A DNA stretch of 64,000 nucleotides, from IMG/VR virus record IMGVR_UViG_3300042197_002234, positions 131,528 through 195,527 of that record. The stretch is one strand, 5' to 3'. Source of the DNA: a virus. Below are positions 41,443 to 48,203 of this stretch, in pieces. Both the position numbers and the translations under genes were made by a program. Positions within the stretch are counted from its first letter, which is position 1. The number at the start of each line of letters is the position of its first letter. The notes beneath the pieces were generated by a model. The model made no database searches. It saw only the letters and a list, made by a program, of their open reading frames with translations, and had not been told where the DNA came from.

Positions 41443-41603
41443 ACATATAAATAGCGTGAAATTAATAAACGCGGCGGGGAGGGGGTCGATTTTTAAGATG
41501 AATACCAAACAACCCGAAGGGGTCGGGGACGGACGACAAAAAATATACCGACGAAAGTCGGGTTCGGTTTATGCTGCCCCATTAAAAGTATGATTTTTTT
41601 ATC

Positions 41604-41777
41604 TTAATATTGTTCAAGCCAATTATTATACCACTTATCATTCCCCACATTTTCAAAAAACTCTTCTCTGTTTTTCTTAAACTCCTCAGAACATTTGGTA
41701 TGAACAAAATCACCATCTCCAACATGTTCCATTAGAGATTCATTTTCAATTTCTTTTTTACAGTGAAAACATTTCAT
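41604..41777 (-). CDS. 57-aa putative zinc-binding protein (not in ORF track)
   Basis: Manual translation MKCFHCKKEI...VHTKCSEEF; CxxC and HxxC; directly downstream of the tRNA-like gene. Confidence 0.55.
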   Translation of the reverse strand: MKCFHCKKEIENESLMEHVGDGDFVHTKCSEEFKKNREEFFENVGNDKWYNNWLEQY

Positions 41778-41794
41778 AACTTATATTTTAGTAG

Positions 41795-41914
41795 TAGTCA
41801 GGACAGGATTCGAACCTGTATGAAGAGTATGTGTGTCTCTTCTCCTATGGGTTTACCTCAAGGGTTTCCACCTGCCATCGCACGTTGTAGCGTCTACCAT
41901 TCCGCCACCTGACT
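41795..41914 (-). tRNA. Atypical tRNA-like RNA, 120 nt, no canonical anticodon arm
   Basis: Acceptor stem AGTCAGG/CCTGACT+A; D-arm GCGGAATGGTAGACGC; T-arm ACAGGTTCGAATCCTGT; about 70-nt central region; TATCTTTG promoter 41921-41928. Confidence 0.7.
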
Positions 41915-41957
41915 TGAATACAAAGATAGTACAGAATTTTGAATTTTCAAAATTTTT

Positions 41958-42335
41958 TTAATACCAATGGAACCAAACATTATTTACGTCCCAACCGTAG
42001 TGTCTCTTGGCAAACACTTTAATTAGATTATTAAAAGAATCTCTGGATGACTTATCTTTGTTAATTAAATTATGAACATTTAAAAACGGTAAGTTTGTAG
42101 AATTAAATAAGTCATCAATAAAATTAACTCCAACATAAAACTCTTTTCTTTCCCAATCATAATAAAATAATAAGTTTTCGTCATCCTCACTATCAAATAC
42201 TTCGGTATGGTCAATAGATTCAGAATAAGACTCGTAATTTTCAGGGTAAAACAAATACAATAACTTATACAAAACATCAGACTTTTTTTCCAAGTCCAAT
42301 AAATTAACTTGGTTTTCAGTTATAATGATTTTCAT
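41958..42335 (-). CDS. MKIIITE-leader protein, distant W[VF]E-family member
   Basis: Leader; C-terminus KVFAKRHYGWDVNNV. Confidence 0.65.
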   Translation of the reverse strand: MKIIITENQVNLLDLEKKSDVLYKLLYLFYPENYESYSESIDHTEVFDSEDDENLLFYYDWERKEFYVGVNFIDDLFNSTNLPFLNVHNLINKDKSSRDSFNNLIKVFAKRHYGWDVNNVWFHWY

Positions 42336-42715
42336 ACATATAAATATGATAGTTGTAACGGGATGTTCAACGTAGGTCCATCAACTATATAAACTGGTTC
42401 GTAGTAACTCGCCTTCCTTTGTAGGGTATGTTCAACCCACTTAACTATGAGTTCTTGAACTTCAGATTCTTGAAATCCAGTCATGGATGATAAAAATGAC
42501 CCAGTCATGGATGATAAAAATGATATTAAGTCATATGAAATATAACACGCGTCATCTTTATCAAACCTAATTTCAGCATATTCATCACCAATATTCTTAA
42601 CAAAATAAATCCTATCTTTAATTTCCACAAGATTATAATTCTTATTGTTTAATAACATAAAGATAAAACTCTTCTTAACATCCAATTCCTGATTTTCTGT
42701 TATAATTATTTTCAT
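42332..42715 (-). CDS. W[VF]E-family protein with C-terminal repeat-spacer unit
   Basis: Paralog of 43283 and 43645 ORFs; internal 24-nt duplication (SFLSSMTG x2). Confidence 0.75.
   Translation of the reverse strand: MKIIITENQELDVKKSFIFMLLNNKNYNLVEIKDRIYFVKNIGDEYAEIRFDKDDACYISYDLISFLSSMTGSFLSSMTGFQESEVQELIVKWVEHTLQRKASYYEPVYIVDGPTLNIPLQLSYLYV
42360..42436. CRISPR. Mini-array unit 1: partial repeat, 29-nt spacer, diverged 36-nt repeat
   Basis: Partial repeat 42360-42371; spacer 42372-42400; repeat 42401-42436 GTAGTAACTCGCCTTCCTTTGTAGGGTATGTTCAAC (6 mismatches to consensus). Confidence 0.55.
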
Positions 42716-42738
42716 ACATATAAATATGTTAGTTATAG

Positions 42739-42816
42739 GGTATGTTCAACACTCAGGTTAGCCTTTACTGTTCCTTTTGGGTTGTATCTCACCTCCATTT
42801 GTAAGTTATATTCAAT
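42739..42816. CRISPR. Mini-array unit 2, not attached to a family ORF
   Basis: Partial repeat 42739-42750; 30-nt spacer 42751-42780; repeat 42781-42816 (first 25 nt perfect, 3 mismatches after). Confidence 0.65.
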
Positions 42817-42997
42817 TTTTCCCAACATTACGTCTAAGTGGTTCTTTTTTGAAGAAGTACCCTGATATATCTACATAAGGTAATACCTCTCGGTCTCCTT
42901 CAATTGTGGTTGTACCATTTTTACCTTTTAACATCACAATTTTATATCCAAATTTGTTGGATAACCATTTGATAAATTTTACGTGTAATCTTTTCAT
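42812..42997 (-). CDS. Hypothetical protein
   Basis: 61-aa ORF; stop codon falls inside the repeat at 42781-42816. Confidence 0.55.
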   Translation of the reverse strand: MKRLHVKFIKWLSNKFGYKIVMLKGKNGTTTIEGDREVLPYVDISGYFFKKEPLRRNVGKN

Positions 42998-43000
42998 AAT

Positions 43001-43132
43001 TTAATTTATTTTAAGTTTTTTAGTAGTAATTTTTACTGAACCGTTTGTAATTGAGTTCATAATTTTTTGACATTCATTCCAGTTTTTACAATTAGTCAAA
43101 TCTACAGTAATTAAATTTCTTTCTTTTTTCAT
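43001..43132 (-). CDS. 43-aa hypothetical protein (not in ORF track)
   Basis: Manual translation MKKERNLITVDLTNCKNWNECQKIMNS...; TAAATTTG promoter 43164-43171. Confidence 0.5.
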   Translation of the reverse strand: MKKERNLITVDLTNCKNWNECQKIMNSITNGSVKITTKKLKIN

Positions 43133-43232
43133 ACAAATTTTAATTGTTTTAATATATGACAAACAAATTTACGAATAAAAACTGAATATAACAAATGATA
43201 AACAACATTAAAACGATTGTTTATCATCAGAC

Positions 43233-43375
43233 GGTATGTTCAACTTCCAATGACAAAGGGTATAATCGAAATGTGTTGTATCTCACCTCCATTTGTAAGG
43301 TATGTTCAACAACGGAAAATTGTCGATGTTCTTGACCATGTTGTATCTCACCTCCATTTGTAAGGTATGTTCAAC
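43233..43375. CRISPR. Mini-array 3: two perfect 36-nt repeats plus partial repeat, spacers 30 and 29 nt
   Basis: GTTGTATCTCACCTCCATTTGTAAGGTATGTTCAAC at 43275-43310 and 43340-43375; partial 43233-43244; spacers 43245-43274 and 43311-43339. Confidence 0.8.
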
Positions 43376-43630
43376 CCAGTTACCTATAAGTTCTTGAACT
43401 TCAGACCATTTAAACCCAGTCAAGGATGATAAAAATGATATTAAGTCATATGAAATATAACACGCGTCATCTTTATCAAACCTAATTTCAGCATATTCAT
43501 CCCCAATCTTTTTAACAAAATAAATATTATTGTTAATCTCAATAAGATTATAATTCATATTGTTTAATAACATGAAGATAATTTTCTTTTTAATATCCAA
43601 TTCCTGACTTTCAGATATGATGATTTTCAT
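43283..43630 (-). CDS. W[VF]E-family protein ending inside mini-array 3
   Basis: C-terminus WVEHTLQMEVRYN-(spacer)-LNIPYKWR; stop codon lies in the second repeat. Confidence 0.75.
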   Translation of the reverse strand: MKIIISESQELDIKKKIIFMLLNNMNYNLIEINNNIYFVKKIGDEYAEIRFDKDDACYISYDLISFLSSLTGFKWSEVQELIGNWVEHTLQMEVRYNMVKNIDNFPLLNIPYKWR

Positions 43631-43644
43631 GTAATATAAATATG

Positions 43645-43989
43645 TTAGTTATAGGGTATGTTCAACCATGAATCCAACTGTGCTTTTTTCAGTGGGTTGG
43701 ATTTCACCTCCATTTGTAAGGTATGTTCAACCCAGTTACCTATAAGTTCTATAACTTCATGCCTTAGGAACCCAGTCATGGTTGACAAAAATGAGATAAA
43801 TTTATGTGATATCAAACACGCACCATTACTTTTATTAAATCTAATATCACCTTTTTCATCCCCAATCTTTTTAACAAAATAAATATTATTGTTAATCTCA
43901 ATAAGATTATAATTCATATTGTTTAATAACATGAAGATAATTTTCTTTTTAATATCCAATTCCTGACTTTCAGTTATAATAATTTTCAT
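43645..43989 (-). CDS. W[VF]E-family protein with C-terminal repeat-spacer unit
   Basis: MKIIITESQELD start; WVEHTLQMEVKSN-(spacer)-LNIPYN. Confidence 0.75.
   Translation of the reverse strand: MKIIITESQELDIKKKIIFMLLNNMNYNLIEINNNIYFVKKIGDEKGDIRFNKSNGACLISHKFISFLSTMTGFLRHEVIELIGNWVEHTLQMEVKSNPLKKAQLDSWLNIPYN
43655..43731. CRISPR. Mini-array unit 4
   Basis: Partial repeat 43655-43666; 29-nt spacer 43667-43695; repeat 43696-43731 with 2 mismatches. Confidence 0.7.
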
Positions 43990-44324
43990 CACCAATTATC
44001 TTTGTTAACGAAGTTAATTCTTGTATTATCAACATATTTAAAACCTGTATACTCAATCATTTTTCTAAATTCGTATTTAAGAACAGATATATCAATTCCA
44101 TGAACAATCTTTTCTTTCTTTATTTCAGGTTTGTAATTAAAACTTTCTGGCATGTCAGGTTTTGAATGAATATCAACAACAAAACCATGGGATTCACCTC
44201 TATCACCATATCTAACATTAACTTTAAACTCAAATGGCTCGGTAACAAAATTATCAGTAAGATACTTGTTGCCAAGATTATTAAATAATTTAGTAAGAAT
44301 CGTAGATAGTGTGGTAAGATTCAT
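43989..44324 (-). CDS. Hypothetical protein
   Basis: Start reassigned to MNLTT after ATATTTAT; stop overlaps next start. Confidence 0.6.
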   Translation of the reverse strand: MNLTTLSTILTKLFNNLGNKYLTDNFVTEPFEFKVNVRYGDRGESHGFVVDIHSKPDMPESFNYKPEIKKEKIVHGIDISVLKYEFRKMIEYTGFKYVDNTRINFVNKDNW

Positions 44325-44412
44325 ATACATAAATATCGGACAGTCCGAAATAATGTCCAATAAAAAACCCCCAACATAAGAAGGGGGTTTATATTTTAAT
44401 TGTTAATTTATT

Positions 44413-44808
44413 TTAGTCTTCAAATGGGTCAGGAAAATCCATTCCTTCAATGGTGTCATAAAAATAATCAACCGTTCCTTCAATCATATCACTTGCGATT
44501 ATTTCTAATTCATTTAAGGTTTCATCAGATAAATCTTCCTCCTCCATGAAATTCATAAATAACTTATCAAGGTCGTATTGCATTTTATTTACATATACAT
44601 CAATATCATATGTTCCTCTAATGTGACCGTTTTCCAAATCTATTTCAAATAAGTTAACCACATTATTTATCACCTCTTCAATAAACTCTACATAATTCTC
44701 AGTTGGCAATGGAGGTAACATATCATAATCCTCATCTTCGTTTTCTTTAATTACTCTTTTTACGATACGAGCCAAATCGGCTTCGGTTAGTCTAACAATC
44801 TTTTTCAT
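44413..44808 (-). CDS. MKKIVRLTE-leader acidic protein
   Basis: Leader shared with 40739-41083. Confidence 0.65.
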   Translation of the reverse strand: MKKIVRLTEADLARIVKRVIKENEDEDYDMLPPLPTENYVEFIEEVINNVVNLFEIDLENGHIRGTYDIDVYVNKMQYDLDKLFMNFMEEEDLSDETLNELEIIASDMIEGTVDYFYDTIEGMDFPDPFED

Positions 44809-44838
44809 GATATTATTTTTATAATAAATATACGAAAA

Positions 44839-45180
44839 TTACAAAACTTTCCCATCTATAAGAACCTCATCAACATTAAAGTCGGATGACCAATCATAAT
44901 CATACGGAAACTTATCGGGTTCACAACAATTTCCAGTTTCAACATTCATCCTTGATTCAACCCAATGTTTAATCGGTTCTATTTTTTTCATCTCCATGGA
45001 AAGACATAAATAAATTGGTTTAAAAAAATCATAGTTCCACCAAGTGTATTTTGTTTTGGTATAATAAGATATAACCCATTCTTTTGTTTTTGGGTTAATT
45101 AACCAAATATGATTTTCGTGACCATAGACCAAGCAATCTTTGGTCATACCATCAATCATTTTAAAAAACGCGTTTTCCAT
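44839..45180 (-). CDS. W[VF]E-family protein, array-less
   Basis: KHWVESRMNVE; paralogous to 45161-45565; start ATG lies in the terminal partial repeat of array 5. Confidence 0.65.
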   Translation of the reverse strand: MENAFFKMIDGMTKDCLVYGHENHIWLINPKTKEWVISYYTKTKYTWWNYDFFKPIYLCLSMEMKKIEPIKHWVESRMNVETGNCCEPDKFPYDYDWSSDFNVDEVLIDGKVL

Positions 45181-45565
45181 TCAACACCTCTTCCACCCGT
45201 TCCCTACTTTGGAACCAACACAGTAAAGGTGTATTCACCTTGCAATTCAACACCTCTTCCACCTCCAACTCTAAAACGATGGTAGAATAAGGAGGTGTAT
45301 TCACCTTGCAATTCAACACCTCTTCCACCCACTCAGATATAATGGGTTCAAAATCATGTCGTTCAAATGAAAACCAAACAAAAAAATTATGAAAGAATGA
45401 ATGCCTCCACCATAGAGTTCCATCATTTTTATATTCAAAATACCAATACTTATTTTTCCTATCAATAAACCATATGGAATCATTGTATGGTATTATCTCA
45501 ACCTTAGATAATTCTTTATAAAGTTTCTTGAATATAGTATCTTTTAACTTGTTTGATATTTTCAT
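45161..45565 (-). CDS. W[VF]E-family protein translated through mini-array 5
   Basis: VEEVLNCKVNTP x2 plus VEEVLNG, separated by unrelated 10-aa spacers. Confidence 0.75.
   Translation of the reverse strand: MKISNKLKDTIFKKLYKELSKVEIIPYNDSIWFIDRKNKYWYFEYKNDGTLWWRHSFFHNFFVWFSFERHDFEPIISEWVEEVLNCKVNTPPYSTIVLELEVEEVLNCKVNTPLLCWFQSRERVEEVLNGKRVF
45179..45329. CRISPR. Mini-array 5: second repeat type, two perfect 36-nt repeats plus partial, two 30-nt spacers
   Basis: GGTGTATTCACCTTGCAATTCAACACCTCTTCCACC at 45228-45263 and 45294-45329; partial 45179-45197; spacers 45198-45227 and 45264-45293. Confidence 0.8.
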
Positions 45566-45723
45566 AATACAATGATACTAAAATAATTTGAAATAAAAAA
45601 ACGGGAGTGTTCCCAAAAATTTTATTTTAACTTTCCGACTCATTTTATATAAGGGGGTCGTTTTTATGGGAAAATAAAAAACCCCCACCAAAAGGTTTTT
45701 GAATCAAAGATATTTAACATCAG

Positions 45724-46158
45724 ATGAAACCAATAGAACAAACAAAATTTTCACTATTTTATCCAGACGGAAAAAGAGCCACATATGGAAATTGCTTAAT
45801 AGCAAATATTGCATCAATATTAGAAGAATCAATAAATGAGGTACCAAACATATACGTGTTTTACGGAATGGAAAAAAAAGAAACCCCCATTGAAGAACAA
45901 ACATGGTTTAATGTGTTAAACATATGGTTAAAATTTAAACACAATAAAATCATGACAAAACATGAACTATATGAACCAACTAAATCAAAATACGTAATAA
46001 TGAGAGGTCTATCACCAAAAGACAGAGCACATACTTGCATATATGAAAATACTAATAAAGGGTTTGTTATGGTTCATGACCCACACCCATTATCGGTCGG
46101 ATTAAAAACACTACAGTACTATTATACTATAGAAAATGTGACTACGACCCAAAAATAA
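45724..46158 (+). CDS. Hypothetical phage protein
   Basis: GNCL.A.IASILE...VP...H.C....VHDPHP pattern; A/C-rich codon use. Confidence 0.65.
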   Translation: MKPIEQTKFSLFYPDGKRATYGNCLIANIASILEESINEVPNIYVFYGMEKKETPIEEQTWFNVLNIWLKFKHNKIMTKHELYEPTKSKYVIMRGLSPKDRAHTCIYENTNKGFVMVHDPHPLSVGLKTLQYYYTIENVTTTQK

Positions 46159-46426
46159 ATTTAAATATCTTTCCCCTTATATTATCAATCTTTTTTATTG
46201 CCAACCATTTACCACACACCCCACCACCAACATAAAAAACAATTACAAAAACATCCCCACTTAATAACCCCTCTAATGAATAAAACACGGAACCTATTGA
46301 TAATAAATTAATCCATACTGTGTTGAGCAATAATGGAACCAATTTATTTTCATAGGTATACTTAATTTCCAAAACTTTGAATATGTTGAATAATAATTGA
46401 AATATGAAAATAATGAAATATGTCAC
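46142..46426 (-). CDS. 3-TM membrane protein
   Basis: Three hydrophobic helices; FYVGGGVCG. Confidence 0.6.
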   Translation of the reverse strand: MTYFIIFIFQLLFNIFKVLEIKYTYENKLVPLLLNTVWINLLSIGSVFYSLEGLLSGDVFVIVFYVGGGVCGKWLAIKKIDNIRGKIFKFIFGS

Positions 46427-46583
46427 AATTCAAATATAAAGTATGAACCCAACTTTATGAATATTTTCTCCAAAATTACAGAAAATTTTTTTTTAGGAAT
46501 TGGGGTCCAAATTAAAATGGGGGTCGTGCTCTGGGAAATAAAAAACCTCACTGTTTAGGTGGGGGTTTATAAGTATTATTTTT

Positions 46584-47030
46584 TTACTTTAATTTTTGAC
46601 TTGCTAATACCCCTATTTGTTGGACAAGATTTGTATAACTATTAAAGTGCCCAATTGCAGAATCAATAGCTCTTATTAAGTTATCTCTTTTTTGTGTCGG
46701 CATTTTTGAAGATGTTATCTTATTCTTTAATGATGACAATTCATTCATTATTTTTTGATTTGGTTTGTCAAGTTTTTGTAGACTATCCATCTGTCTCTTT
46801 AAATTATTTAGATATTTGAAATAATCGTATCCTTCACCTCTCCATACACCCTTAAGACCTGAAACCATATCAGATAGTCCCTCTGTCGGTTCTTCTTTCT
46901 TAATCTTTAATCCGTTTATTTCATCGCCAAACGCAACACCCTTCATGTTTTCACTAACGGTATGTCCTTCATTAACATATTGACTCAATATAGATTTTCT
47001 ATCTTCTTCAGAAATTATAAATCTTCTCAT
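46584..47030 (-). CDS. MRRFIISE-leader coiled-coil protein
   Basis: GTATTTAT upstream; internal EPTE motif. Confidence 0.65.
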   Translation of the reverse strand: MRRFIISEEDRKSILSQYVNEGHTVSENMKGVAFGDEINGLKIKKEEPTEGLSDMVSGLKGVWRGEGYDYFKYLNNLKRQMDSLQKLDKPNQKIMNELSSLKNKITSSKMPTQKRDNLIRAIDSAIGHFNSYTNLVQQIGVLASQKLK

Positions 47031-47120
47031 AATATATTCTTTAGTTATAAATACTTCCCATTTTCCAAAAATTTTTCTGGAAATTTTTTCCAGAATTTTT
47101 AATACATACTTTGCAAAGGG

Positions 47121-47250
47121 GATTATCCCCCCTTTTTGACCCCCAAAACCCTATATATGGAGGGGGGATACGGGGGAGGGGAGGGGTCCCCCACCCTATA
47201 GGGGGGTATATCAGGGGGTAGTCCTTTTGTTTTGACCCCTGACTCCCCAC
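47121..47250 (+). other. G/C homopolymer tract cluster with G-quadruplex potential
   Basis: GGGGGGATACGGGGGAGGGGAGGGG at 47162-47186 and further G runs at 47201 and 47214; C runs at 47127-47150. Confidence 0.6.
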
Positions 47251-47352
47251 CTCTCTGTAATGGTCTCTAATGAGGTCATGTCAAAACAATGACATATCCA
47301 AATAAAGTTATTAACATGACAGGATGACATGGGGGAATTGTTAATAAAAAGA

Positions 47353-47384
47353 TTTGGTAGTCTCGATTATTATTCGTAACTTTG
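47353..47384 (+). promoter_or_regulatory. Bacteroidetes sigma70-type promoter
   Basis: TTTG (47353-47356), 20-nt spacer, TAACTTTG (47377-47384). Confidence 0.7.
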
Positions 47385-47390
47385 TATACC

Positions 47391-47465
47391 TTTTGAGTTG
47401 GGGTCAAACCCATCTCCTCTAACACATAATCTTACATGTGGGAGCGAGTATACTCCAACCTGCTT
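47391..47465 (+). ncRNA. Candidate small structured RNA
   Basis: Directly after a consensus promoter, no ORF; nested stems GTTGGGG/CTCCAAC, CTCC/GGAG, CACAT/ATGTG. Confidence 0.35.
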
Positions 47466-47531
47466 TATAGTTAATATAAAGTTTCCCCATATTTGTTTGG
47501 TTAAGTGGACACTATTTTGTATCTTTGTGTT

Positions 47532-47936
47532 ATGTATTCAGCGACACCATTATCTACATTAAGGAAGAAGGACCTCAGAAAGATTGGTCAGGTCTGCATT
47601 AACTATTGTATTGAGAACCTTGGGGTTAATAAAAGAAAGAAGTTACCTCTTAAGTTATCCATCAAAAAGAATCCCCATGTTGATTCTTACTTTGGGGAGT
47701 ATTGTCCTGATACCAATACCATTGTTATATTCTATGATGAGTTGATTACCCTTGGGGAGTTTACCTCTACCATTGTTCATGAGTATACTCACCACTTACA
47801 GCCAATTGCTAGTAAGTACTACAAGTTACTTAAGGAACATGGATATGATAACCATCCCCATGAAGTGGAAGCTAGAAATAATGAGAAGTTCTATAACCGT
47901 AGAGTTCTTGCTTATCTAAGAAAAAACCTTCCTTAA
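47532..47936 (+). CDS. HExxH putative metallopeptidase
   Basis: VHEYTHH...HPHEVEAR; TTTG-N20-TATCTTTG promoter ending 47527. Confidence 0.7.
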   Translation: MYSATPLSTLRKKDLRKIGQVCINYCIENLGVNKRKKLPLKLSIKKNPHVDSYFGEYCPDTNTIVIFYDELITLGEFTSTIVHEYTHHLQPIASKYYKLLKEHGYDNHPHEVEARNNEKFYNRRVLAYLRKNLP

Positions 47937-48203
47937 TAGGGTTTCCCTTGAATGGGTTCTTATCTCCATGTTAATGTCGTTGAAGTCTTCTGAACTTAGT
48001 GGGGACTTCTGATGTATCATTTCTATTATGTCCCCCATGTTTGAGTTAACCATTAAGTATACAGGTTTACCTTTCATCAGTAGATTTGTCATTATGTAGT
48101 TTACATATGTAACACTACCTGAATATTCCCCCACATTATATATCACATCATACCCTTTCTCTGTGGGGACAACCTTTGTTTGTATTCCTTCTAAGTAACT
48201 CAT
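47916..48203 (-). CDS. Hypothetical protein
   Basis: ATATTTAT upstream. Confidence 0.55.
   Translation of the reverse strand: MSYLEGIQTKVVPTEKGYDVIYNVGEYSGSVTYVNYIMTNLLMKGKPVYLMVNSNMGDIIEMIHQKSPLSSEDFNDINMEIRTHSRETLLRKVFS

Noticed and set aside
42332-45565. Diversity-generating retroelement or TIGR-type array as explanation
   Set aside because: No reverse transcriptase and no template/variable pair differing at adenines; spacers are wholly unrelated 29-30-mers, not the short dual spacers of TIGR units, and no Nop-domain gene was recognised.
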